A stretch of DNA of 32,000 nucleotides from Wolbachia endosymbiont of Onchocerca ochengi (lineage in GTDB: Bacteria; Pseudomonadota; Alphaproteobacteria; Rickettsiales; Anaplasmataceae): positions 180,001 to 212,000 of the forward strand of contig NC_018267.1 of NCBI RefSeq assembly GCF_000306885.1, read 5' to 3'. The notes under the pieces are model-generated. The model saw only the letters and a program-made list of their open reading frames with translations. It ran no database searches and had not been told where the DNA came from. Of the stretch, positions 22,718 through 32,000 are shown in pieces; the first letter of the stretch is position 1; every line of letters begins with the position of its first letter. A program made the translations under genes and the position numbers.

Positions 22718-23200
22718 TTAGCAATAGGGTCTATTCTTTTTTAACCTAAGTTCAATTGCCTTTTCCCAAGTTTCACCATTACATAATAATTTCTCTTTAT
22801 TATATATTAGCTCCTTTTTTGTTTCTGTTGCGAATTCAAAATTAGGACCCTCAACAATTGCATCAACTGGACATGCCTCTTGACAAAGCCCACAATATAT
22901 ACATTTTGTCATATCAATATCATAACGCGTAGTGCAACGACTGCCATCTTCCTTTTCCTCAGCTTCAATAACTATTGCTTGAGCAGGACAGATGACTTCA
23001 CACAACTTGCAAGCTATGCATCTTTCTTTACCATTTGGATACCTACGCAACGCGTGTTCGCCGCGAAACCTTGGGCTTAGATGGCCCTTCTCCATAGGAT
23101 ACTTTAGCGTAACCTTTGGTTTGAACATGTATTTCAATGTAACAATAAATCCTTTAATCAATTCTATAAAGAACCAATACCGAATTAATTTCTTGAGCAT
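22718..23200 (-). CDS. nuoI: NADH-quinone oxidoreductase subunit I
   Basis: 160 aa with two 4Fe-4S ferredoxin motifs, [12 protein letters not shown] and [12 protein letters not shown]. The flanking sequence ([21 protein letters not shown]-type) is typical of NuoI/TYKY. No other nuo gene is adjacent. Confidence 0.96.
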   Translation of the reverse strand: MLKKLIRYWFFIELIKGFIVTLKYMFKPKVTLKYPMEKGHLSPRFRGEHALRRYPNGKERCIACKLCEVICPAQAIVIEAEEKEDGSRCTTRYDIDMTKCIYCGLCQEACPVDAIVEGPNFEFATETKKELIYNKEKLLCNGETWEKAIELRLKKNRPYC

Positions 23201-23270
23201 AAAAGCATTTAAGACTTATACAAGTGATTATAGATGATATTATCAATTTTCAAAAAGCTTTTTTCCTATC

Positions 23271-24074
23271 TTAACTTTGAATTATATTCGAATCAATTAC
23301 CTTCATTCCTACTACATTATATCCTGAGTCAACGTGCAGAATTTCTCCAGTGGTGCCACTACTTAAGTCACTTAGCAAGTACAATGCTGCTTTTCCAATA
23401 TCCTCTATTGTGGTATTACGTCTCAGTGGAGAATTGTTTCTATTCCATTTTGATATGAAACAGAAATCACTTATTCCAGAAGATGCTAAAGTTCTGATTG
23501 GACCAGCAGAAATAGCGTTTACCCTAATATTTTGTGGTCCTAAGTCACATGCTAGATACTTTACACTTGCTTCAAGTGCTGCTTTACATAAACCCATAAC
23601 ATTGTAATTCGGTATAACCTTTTCAGCACCATAGTAAGACAAAGTAAGTAGACTACCAACATTTGGCATCATTTTTTCAGCCCTTTGTGCTAAAGCAGTA
23701 AAAGAATAGCACGATATATGCATTGCATTAAGAAAGTTGCTTAGTGAGGTATTAACATACCTATTACTCAATTCACTTTTATCAGAAAATGCAATCGCAT
23801 GTACCAAAAAATCAAGAGTACTCCATTTTTTTTCTATTACTCCGAAAACATCATCTATAGTTCCTTCATTTGCAACATCACAACTCAGTACTAACTCCAC
23901 ATTTAGCTCAGTTGCTATCGGTAATAGTCTCTCTTTTACAGTTTCATTTTGATATGTGATTGCAAGTTCTGCTCCATGCTCTAAGAGAGTTTTTGCTATG
24001 CCATAAGCTATTGATCTCTTGTTTGTTATTCCAGTTATTAACCCCTTTTTATTTTTTAATAAAGTCGTTGTCAT
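23271..24074 (-). CDS. fabI: Enoyl-[acyl-carrier-protein] reductase (NADH) FabI
   Basis: 267 aa SDR-type protein. It has GLITGI...SIAYGIA, the catalytic Y..M...K in YNVMGLCKAALE, and VNAISAGPIRTLA. Confidence 0.95.
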   Translation of the reverse strand: MTTTLLKNKKGLITGITNKRSIAYGIAKTLLEHGAELAITYQNETVKERLLPIATELNVELVLSCDVANEGTIDDVFGVIEKKWSTLDFLVHAIAFSDKSELSNRYVNTSLSNFLNAMHISCYSFTALAQRAEKMMPNVGSLLTLSYYGAEKVIPNYNVMGLCKAALEASVKYLACDLGPQNIRVNAISAGPIRTLASSGISDFCFISKWNRNNSPLRRNTTIEDIGKAALYLLSDLSSGTTGEILHVDSGYNVVGMKVIDSNIIQS

Positions 24075-24317
24075 AGAACCATTTATTTTTTACAATTTGA
24101 AATACTAACTAAGCAAAGTCAAGGTGTTAACTATGTCTAAAAATAATTTTTTAAAGTTAAAGTAAATATACCATTAATCTTACAGATGAGCATGAGTTTT
24201 CAGTAAAAATAAAAGGGCAAAAAACTTTCAAATTTTCTCCTAGTTATGTAAAAATAACAAACTCCTTTATTTAGAACTGAAGTTTTGGTATCTTCACATT
24301 TTAACAATTCAAAATTA

Positions 24318-25952
24318 ATGAATATAAATAAAAATGAATTTCTATTTCTTTCACTTGGAGGAGTAGGCAGGATTGGAATGAACGTTAGCCTATATCATTG
24401 CCAAGGTAAGTGGATTATGATTGATCTTGGTATTGGTTTTGCTGACGAAACCATGCCAGGCATCGAGCTACTCATTGCTGACGTAAGCTTTATTTCCCAA
24501 AGAAAAAAGGATTTACTCGGAATAATAATTACACATGCACATGAAGATCACTGCGGAGCAGTGCCTTATTTATGGAAAGAACTACAATGTCCTATATATG
24601 CAACAAATTTTACAGTTAACTTCCTCAAAGAGAAACTAAAGGAGTTTCAATTAAAAAGTATTGTACCTGTGAAAGAAGTAAATATAAATGGTAGCATAAA
24701 TTTAGGTCCTTTCACCGTTGAGTTTATAAATATAACTCATTCAATTCCTGAAGCACACTCAATACTAATTAGCACTAATGTGGGCAGTGCATTCCATACT
24801 AGCGATTGGAAATTTGATCCAAAACCTGTTGTTGGGCTAACCTCTAACATAGTTCGTTTAAAAGAGATTGGCGATAAAGGTAACCTACTTGCAGCAATTT
24901 GTGATTCAACAAACATATTGAGTAGACATGATCCTAAGTCAGAAGGTGAAATTTACAATAATATCTATAACATAATAAGACGATCTAAAAGGTTAGTGGT
25001 CGTGTCACTCTTCGCTTCAAATGTGGCGCGAATCGAAACAATAAGCCAGGCTGCAAAGGTACTGAATAGAAAAGTGGTTTTGCTTGGTAGATCTTTATGG
25101 AGAATAGTAAAAGTTGCACAAAACAGTGGTCATTTAATCGATTCTGTTCAGTTCTTCGAAGCAAAAGATGTGGTAGATTCGCCAAGGGAAAAGTTACTAT
25201 TAATTTGTACCGGCTGCCAAGGTGAGCCAATGTCAGCAACTTCAAAACTTGCCTACAATAAGCATCATTCATTTAAAATGCAACGAGGTGACACAATGAT
25301 CCTTTCATCAAAAATTATCCCTGGAAATGAAACTCGTACACATAATATGCTCAATGCTTTTATTGAGATGGGAGTGGAAGTTGTCACCGAAAAAACAGAG
25401 AATATTCATGCTTCTGGGCATCCAATGAAAGCAGAACTAAAGGAGATGTATTCTTTGATAAAGCCTAAAATATCTATTCCAGTTCATGGTGAGTATATTC
25501 ACACTCATGCACATGTAAAATTTGCAAAAGAGTGTGGTGTGGAAAAAGCAATAATGATTGCACCAGGCGATATTATTAACTTAGAGAACGGGGAAAAAGT
25601 TGATTCAATTGATGTTGATTATTTCGGTATTGATGGCATATTACTACGTTATCCAGAGAGTAATGTCATAAAAATGCGTAAGAGGATGAGGGATGCAGGA
25701 GCCATTGTAGTAACAGCAGTTGTTAACAAAAAAAATAAATTACTTGCTAAGCCAAAAGTGTTTACACCTGGCATTTTTGAAGCAACAGAAGATGCAGCTA
25801 TCATACAGAGAATCATAAAAGCGGTTGAATCAGCGTTTAGTTTACAGTCGACAAAAAAAATAAGAAGTAAGATTGAGAGCTCAATATTTAGCATCCTAAA
25901 GGAATATTTACTAAAAAGACCTATAATTAAAGTCCAAATAGAACAGATATAA
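24318..25952 (+). CDS. rnj: Ribonuclease J-family metallo-beta-lactamase/beta-CASP RNase
   Basis: It has the HxHxDH motif (THAHEDHCGAVPYL), the N-terminal LSLGGVGRIGMN motif and beta-CASP motifs (CDSTN...; ASGHP...; PVHGE). The track ORF starts at a TTG (24285). I prefer the ATG at 24318 (MNINKNEFLFLSLGG...). Confidence 0.88.
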   Translation: MNINKNEFLFLSLGGVGRIGMNVSLYHCQGKWIMIDLGIGFADETMPGIELLIADVSFISQRKKDLLGIIITHAHEDHCGAVPYLWKELQCPIYATNFTVNFLKEKLKEFQLKSIVPVKEVNINGSINLGPFTVEFINITHSIPEAHSILISTNVGSAFHTSDWKFDPKPVVGLTSNIVRLKEIGDKGNLLAAICDSTNILSRHDPKSEGEIYNNIYNIIRRSKRLVVVSLFASNVARIETISQAAKVLNRKVVLLGRSLWRIVKVAQNSGHLIDSVQFFEAKDVVDSPREKLLLICTGCQGEPMSATSKLAYNKHHSFKMQRGDTMILSSKIIPGNETRTHNMLNAFIEMGVEVVTEKTENIHASGHPMKAELKEMYSLIKPKISIPVHGEYIHTHAHVKFAKECGVEKAIMIAPGDIINLENGEKVDSIDVDYFGIDGILLRYPESNVIKMRKRMRDAGAIVVTAVVNKKNKLLAKPKVFTPGIFEATEDAAIIQRIIKAVESAFSLQSTKKIRSKIESSIFSILKEYLLKRPIIKVQIEQI

Positions 25953-25957
25953 AACAA

Positions 25958-26280
25958 ATGAAGCAACTAGTTAAAACCAATATCACTTCTTTAGTTGTTT
26001 TTGCCTTATTTTGCTAAAGCTGCTTTACACGGGCATAAAAAACAATGCTAGTAAGCACCGGCCTATTGTATCCAAGTGTACATGCAAACAAGGTCTAGAA
26101 AGCAAGTTAAAAGAAAATATTACAAAAGAGAATGATACATTAGTTACAATCAATTTAAGCAATGTATCAGACCATCATTTCATTTGTTTGATACATTATA
26201 AAAAGGAAGTCGTTAACTCATTCGACCATTTTTCTAGCAAAAGACTGGAGAAAAAATTAATTATCTTATTCCAGACATAA
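25958..26280 (+). pseudogene. Possible frameshifted relic of a secreted or membrane-anchored protein (unassigned)
   Basis: An ATG 6 nt after the rnj stop encodes a signal-like MKQLVKTNITSLVVFALFC and then stops. A -1 shift joins it to the 89-codon track ORF 26011..26280. There is no family assignment, and downstream DNA is stop-riddled in all frames. Confidence 0.25.
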
Positions 26281-28318
26281 TATATAATAAATTAATTAGC
26301 AAGAACATTTAAATATAAAGATAACATACATATTACTGAAGAAAAAGACAGTGACTATAGGTCTATATATAAAATAATTATTACAAATCAAGAATGAGAG
26401 TGATGTAAAAATACTTAACAAACAGCGATAAATCTGTGCCTACACCTGGGTTTCCACTAAATGGAAAGGATATCGTTTACATCTCATACCTGATAGTAGA
26501 GGGTATATAACGTTGAAGAATCTGAAAGATGATACTGAGCTAATAGTTAGTATGTTCGAGGTAGTTATCTTTGCTCTAAAATTTTCTCCTAACTAAATCT
26601 AGTTTAATCTCTCCTTTATCCAATGGTAAAACCAATATAACATATTATCTTTAGGTTTAAACAGTAAGTGTACAAAAAAACTACTAGAAGTTCAGAACTA
26701 TAAACACTTCTTTTTTTTTATTCAGATCAGAAATATATGGTCTTTAGTTTTTATGTAAGTGAAAGTCAGCAATTATATACCATTTATTTTGCTAAAAAAG
26801 TAAAAAACCGAGGAGAATTAGTTTTGGAAACAAGAAATATACCACTATACCTACTTAGTCTCAAAAAGGAAATTCTATAAAGCCTTTATGAAAATTCAAT
26901 CAAGAAAATTTTATATAGAGCTTATAAAGCTAGATGGCAAAAAAATATTTCCCTGAGAGAAGCATAAAATTGAATATCCAGATAGCTACCAAATAGCAGG
27001 AGAATTCTCTTCATAAAAACAGAATTACTTAAGCGAGTCTAAGACATATTTAGTGAATTTAGCAAAGAAAAATTACAAAATAATCTCTACCCACAAATGC
27101 CTATCTATATTAGACTAGCCTTATTTTGAACTATTAGTTGCTGGTTCAACTTCCTTGGAAAAAGTGGAAGATTTCAATAGTAATGAAGAATGGTGTGATA
27201 ATATTAGCCATTTACCTTTTTGTCTCACCTGCAAATTAATATGTAACAAGCACATAACTCTTTTTTACCTTTCAACTTAAAAGTATATAAACATGTATTA
27301 ACAGTCTTATTACATCCCAATGCTTATAATGTATGATTCAACTTCCACAGTTGGACGTCCAGCTAAGAAACTTTTAAAGTAGTCAACACGCTAAGCATTG
27401 GTTGTTCTAAGGTTAAAGAATAGAGTAGACAGCAGTATTATATCATCAGTATAATTAACATTAACCTTATAAGTACTCTAATTCTTAGTGAATCACTACA
27501 ACGATTAAACAGCACCTTTATATCTTAATCATTAGCTCTAACACAATTTCCACTCTTATTAAAAATTTGAATTATATTCGCTAAGAACATAACACTTAGT
27601 AACAAATTCGATACTAAAATAACTACTTTCCTAGATATTCCATTCTCTACATATCACTCTATATACATAAATTAAAAGTATTAACCTATAGCGCAAAAGT
27701 TAAAACAACTACAAAAGCAAAAAGATTATTGAAAGCCCCTGTTTACCTTTGAGCAACATTATCGAACAGACACACATTCTCTCACTGTGTTAGGTTTCGA
27801 TATTGATATCAGTGTCTATTGCAATAGAGGAGAATTGCCATTTTATAGCTGTTTCTATGTTAAAAATATTTTCTGAAGGTCCTTTTTTTGTTCTCTTCTA
27901 AAATCCTTACTGTAGTAGGTACTTGGTACTTGTATAGCAGTCTCTTTTGAAACAGTAGTACCCTTTCACTTTTTAAGTTTTTTTACAATAGCTTTTCCTA
28001 TTTTCTTGGATGCTTTCATGACATCTTCTTCTTTCTATCAAAACTTATCAAGCGAGTTGTGTAGTAGCTGAAACAAGAAATCGTAGAGTTAGAAAATTTA
28101 GTTGAAACAAGCGACAACAAAAAATCTTCTACTAACTCAATTAAATCTCATTTAACATACTTACTTCAATTTTTATTGTAAATTTTAACATGGTGTGTAT
28201 CCTCAAATAAATTAGTAATAACAAAATGCATTCTATACGGTTAGTTTTATCAAATTAACAAGCAAATACGAGTGGTTTCGTTTTTAGCATTATTCTCCAC
28301 TTGGAGTCTTAAATAGTC

Positions 28319-29620
28319 ATGTTGAAGGAACAAGATAAAATATTTACGAACTTAAATGGTAAAGAAACCCCACTGCTCAAAGACGCAAAAAAACGTGGTA
28401 GTTGGCAAAAAACAAAAGAAATATTAGATTTAGGATCTGAAAAGATTATTGATGAGGTAAAAAAATCTGGCTTAAGAGGGCGAGGAGGTGCAGGATTCTT
28501 TACTGGCCTTAAGTGGAGTTTTATGCCAAAAAATCCTTCAAAAGAACAACCGGTATATCTAGTAGTCAATGCAGATGAATCAGAACCTGGTACATGTAAA
28601 GACAGAGGTATATTAAGGTATGAGCCACACAAATTACTTGAAGGAATTCTCTTTGCTGGCAAAGCGATCAACGCATCAGCTGCATATATTTATATCAGAG
28701 GTGAATTTTACAACGAGTATTTAGTTTTAAAAAAAGCACTTGAGGAAGCCTACAAAGAAGGTCTGATTGGGGAAAATGCCTGCAAATCAGGTTATGATCT
28801 TGATATATTTATCCATAGGGGTGCAGGAGCTTACATATGCGGAGAAGAAACAGCTCAACTTGAATCAATCGAAGGGAAAAAAGGCTTCCCTCGTATAAAG
28901 CCTCCATTTCCTGCAGATATTGGACTTTTTGGTTGCCCAACTACAATAAACAACGTTGAAACTATAGCTATGGTTCCAGATATTTTGCGTCGCGGAGGAG
29001 GATGGTTTATGTCCCTTGGCAAACCCAATAATACTGGCACTAAGATCTTTAGTATTTCAGGACATGTAAATAACCCGTGCAATGTTGAAGAAGAGCTTGG
29101 AATCCCACTACGTGAATTAATTGAAAGATATGCAGGTGGAGTGCAAGGAGGCTGGAATAATTTACTTGCCGTGATACCTGGTGGATCTTCAATGCCGTTA
29201 ATTCCAAAGTCTATATGCGACACTATTGAAATGGATTTCGATTCACTAAGAGCCGTACAATCAGGACTTGGTACTGCCGCTGTAATAGTGATGGATAAAT
29301 CGACTGACGTAATAGCTGCAATAGAAAGGTTATCACACTTCTATATGCACGAATCGTGTGGGCAATGTACACCATGTCGCGAAGGCACTGGATGGATATG
29401 GAGAATCATGAAAAGGATGGTAACAGGAGAAATTAAGCCCGGTGAAATAGATAAGTTACTCGATCTTACAACTCAAATAGAAGGGCATACAATTTGCGCA
29501 TTTGGTGATGCTGCAGCTTGGCCAGTTCAAGGATTAATAAGACATTTTCGTCATTTAATTGAAAAGAGAGCACAATTTAGTAGAAGTTGTATAGGAATAT
29601 GTAGTTACGAAATAAATTAG
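28319..29620 (+). CDS. nuoF: NADH-quinone oxidoreductase subunit F
   Basis: 433 aa with the FMN/NADH-binding region ([16 protein letters not shown]...[12 protein letters not shown]) and the N3 4Fe-4S motif ([12 protein letters not shown]...C). No other nuo gene is adjacent. Confidence 0.96.
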   Translation: MLKEQDKIFTNLNGKETPLLKDAKKRGSWQKTKEILDLGSEKIIDEVKKSGLRGRGGAGFFTGLKWSFMPKNPSKEQPVYLVVNADESEPGTCKDRGILRYEPHKLLEGILFAGKAINASAAYIYIRGEFYNEYLVLKKALEEAYKEGLIGENACKSGYDLDIFIHRGAGAYICGEETAQLESIEGKKGFPRIKPPFPADIGLFGCPTTINNVETIAMVPDILRRGGGWFMSLGKPNNTGTKIFSISGHVNNPCNVEEELGIPLRELIERYAGGVQGGWNNLLAVIPGGSSMPLIPKSICDTIEMDFDSLRAVQSGLGTAAVIVMDKSTDVIAAIERLSHFYMHESCGQCTPCREGTGWIWRIMKRMVTGEIKPGEIDKLLDLTTQIEGHTICAFGDAAAWPVQGLIRHFRHLIEKRAQFSRSCIGICSYEIN

Positions 29621-30126
29621 ATACAAAAACTACTTAATAAATTTTATCATTTCCCTTGTCAAGGTAGTAAAAATATTAAGTTATCTTCAATCTGTACATG
29701 TCAAATGATAAAAGTATCAAGTAGCTAGCGTTTCATGCATAATTTTTTATGCTACATGTAGCTTGTATCTTTATTAACTTTGCTCCTAGGTTTTCAGGTT
29801 AAAGCGCACTTATAAGTCGTTTAAAACAATATAAAATACCAATTTACAGAATTAGAGAGCTGGGGCAATTATCTACACAATTTCTTTAATTTTTCTTACT
29901 TAGCAAATTTTCTAAATATAAAGCAATCCATGTATAAAACATTTATTTTTGTAATAAGCAGTGTTATTCCAGTACGTGATCTAGAACCTAGTCTTTATTA
30001 TGTAGCTACTTGGTTAAAATCAAGTTCTCTGGATATTAGTGTCTGACTGCTTGAGATGATACTTTTCGAACATGATTTAAATTATAATATTTCTAAGGTT
30101 ATACTAAAATGACAAAAGAAAAGATA

Positions 30127-30768
30127 CTAGACCTTCTTACACCTTTTGCCATCAAATTCGCACAAATCATGAATTATGCACGCATCACACAATGGTTTTT
30201 GTGCTTTGCAAGTATATCTACCATGCAAAACTAGCCAATGATGAGCATAGAACAGACATTTCTTTGGAACTATATTTAAAAGAGACTGCTCTGTTTTAAA
30301 CACATCTTTTTCTTTCACAAGCCCAATTCTATTACTTACTCTAAAAACGTGAGTGTCAACTGCTAATGTCGGAATGCCAAGCCCCGAATTTAAGAACACA
30401 TTAGCGCTCTTTCTTCCTACTCCTGGTAAAGATAGCAAATCATTAAAATTTACAGGAACTTTACTATTGTACCGCTCAATCAATATTTTGCTGAGCTTAA
30501 TTATGTTTTTTGCTTTAGAATTATATAAACCGATGCTACTTATGTGTTTCTTTAGTTCACTCTGCCCAAGATTTAGTATTTTCTCTGGCGAATCAGCAAT
30601 ACTAAACAGTTCTTCTGTAACTTTGTTAACACTCCTATCAGCTGTCCGTGCTGATAAAATTATCGCAGTCAGCAACGTAAAGTGATTAGTATAATTTAGC
30701 TCTACTTTCGGTGTAGGGTTTGATTGGCTAAATCTTTCAAATACCAATCTTACTTTTTTCGGATCCAT
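30127..30768 (-). CDS. nth: Endonuclease III (DNA-(apurinic/apyrimidinic site) lyase)
   Basis: 213 aa with the HhH-GPD motif (LLSLPGVGRKSANVFL), the catalytic Lys/Asp context and the C-terminal 4Fe-4S cluster loop (C.......C..C.....C). Confidence 0.95.
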   Translation of the reverse strand: MDPKKVRLVFERFSQSNPTPKVELNYTNHFTLLTAIILSARTADRSVNKVTEELFSIADSPEKILNLGQSELKKHISSIGLYNSKAKNIIKLSKILIERYNSKVPVNFNDLLSLPGVGRKSANVFLNSGLGIPTLAVDTHVFRVSNRIGLVKEKDVFKTEQSLLNIVPKKCLFYAHHWLVLHGRYTCKAQKPLCDACIIHDLCEFDGKRCKKV

Positions 30769-32000
30769 TCATAGAGCTAAAAGCTTATGCTACATTGTTT
30801 ACCATATAAATTCAATTACCTAAAATCTAAACTGCTGTTTAGTGTTAACACTAGATAGGAACAATGTTTACTTCATCGAAACCTTTCAGCTAACTTACTA
30901 GTCACCTCCACAAAAAAACTTTTTAACAATAAATATAATCGATATTAATATCGATGTGAATCGCATACTATTTCAATAGATCAGTTTCTTTTAAACTCTA
31001 TCTTTTCGAGAAAACAAGAAACCAGAATTTCAATTATTACTGCCAATACAAACAAAGAAATAAGTATACTTATATCTACAGTTAATCTACTAGTAATAAA
31101 GTTCGCTGCCTAGCTAATAGCTCATTTTATTCTTGAATGCATTGTAGAAACTACACAATTCTTACACTTTTTCATAAACAAATCAGAAGCTTAATTAATA
31201 AATGATATTAAACGCTACCATCTACCATAAAAATAGTAATACTTGTAATAGTTAATAGAGCTAAAGGTAAAACACTAAAGTCTGAATAAATAGCAAAGAT
31301 TCTGTTTTACGAATTTTAATACCTAATACTTTTCTACCTTAATTACACTCTTACCTTTTTCTAAGAGAATTAATATGTTAAATAATTGCATGCCTAGCTT
31401 CTTTGCTTGGTACTGATTTAGTTTTTATACTAACCTTTTAACCTTTATTACTTCCTCGAAATAACGCAATCCTAGATCTTGCGAAACTTTCTCCATTCTA
31501 ACGATAAGTCAACTACATTTCTCAAGTCCTTCCTAAATCAGAGGTCTTTACTTTTCAACATAGACATTAATTCTGTGTGATTTCTTGCAACTACCTCTTC
31601 CAGTAATACTTAATTTCTTAAATATCTCTTTCCTATAATGAAACTGACACGTTGCTAAATGTCCTTCACTTTCAGCATTAACACTAACTTTAACGCAAGG
31701 ACTTTACGAAACTCTACAAAAGGCTAATACATTTTTCCAATTCTCAATAAGATTTATAAATTTAACCAAATCTACCCTTCCCCTACTTTATCAGGATAAT
31801 TTATAACACCAGTATTTTATATTACCCCTAGAAACTAACAAAAACTTGATAGCCTTCACCTACAACTTACCGAGCTTTTATTCCTAATACATTAAAACAA
31901 AAAACCACACCATCAACCTCTGGCTAATTTAACTTAAAAATATCAACTTACTACTATATCTATCCTATACAAACACTAGGGTACTTAAGTGTAGTACACT

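Noticed and set aside
26140-26470. The pattern TLVTINLSNVSDHHFICLIHYKKEVVNSFD has a His followed by an Asp 16-17 residues later. This is reminiscent of the His/Asp part of CE-clan (Ulp1/SseL-like) cysteine proteases. A downstream NKQR*ICAYTW could be a Gln...Cys remnant.
   Set aside because: The similarity is short and motif-level only. The putative His sits too close to the N-terminus for a complete CE fold. The Cys context is broken by a stop and lacks the usual Gly. It cannot be supported without a profile search (e.g. PF02902 against the six-frame translation).
27850-28019. A minus-strand short basic ORF, MKASKKIGKAIVKKLKK*..., was considered as a ribosomal protein (L33/L35-like) relic.
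   Set aside because: Position-by-position comparison with L33/L35 consensus is at chance level. These genes are essential and unlikely to be decayed.
30938-30955. A perfect 18-bp palindrome, atcgatattaatatcgat, was considered as a possible operator site.
   Set aside because: My rough estimate for this AT-rich composition gives about 0.5 such 9+9 palindromes per 32 kb by chance. It has no partner site and no adjacent regulator gene.

Overview
AT-rich bacterial chromosomal segment. The gene set and the protein sequences (stand-alone virB9, solitary nuoD/nuoI/nuoF, pccB, ccmA, RNase J, a ProP-like MFS transporter, and a decayed P28/OMP-1-type porin gene) point to an obligate intracellular Rickettsiales of the family Anaplasmataceae, most like Ehrlichia. 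This assignment is inference from sequence only. I can support 20 protein-coding genes (18 with clear housekeeping identities, 2 hypothetical), tRNA-fMet(CAU) and tRNA-Thr(GGU). By my own tally only about 18.3 kb of the 32 kb (about 57%) is intact coding sequence. The rest lies mainly in five long tracts with no convincing ORF: 1980-4917, 7009-10040, 14151-15757, 25953-28318 and 30769-32000. Two tracts contain gene relics I could identify by reading all frames. One is an RluC/RluD-family pseudouridine synthase (about 7300-7830, minus). The other is a full-length but shattered P28/OMP-1/MAP1-family (PF01617-type) outer-membrane protein gene (14254-15095, plus). Other tracts show broken ORFs and strand-specific A-richness that suggest further decayed genes I cannot name. 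I found no rRNA, CRISPR array, IS element or transposase, prophage, or recognisable defence or toxin system. The most interesting biology here is large-scale gene decay with retention of the dead DNA. Other points of note are fragmentation of the nuo operon, the tight fabI-nuoI-thrS-infC cluster, a non-AUG infC start and a solitary virB9 paralog.
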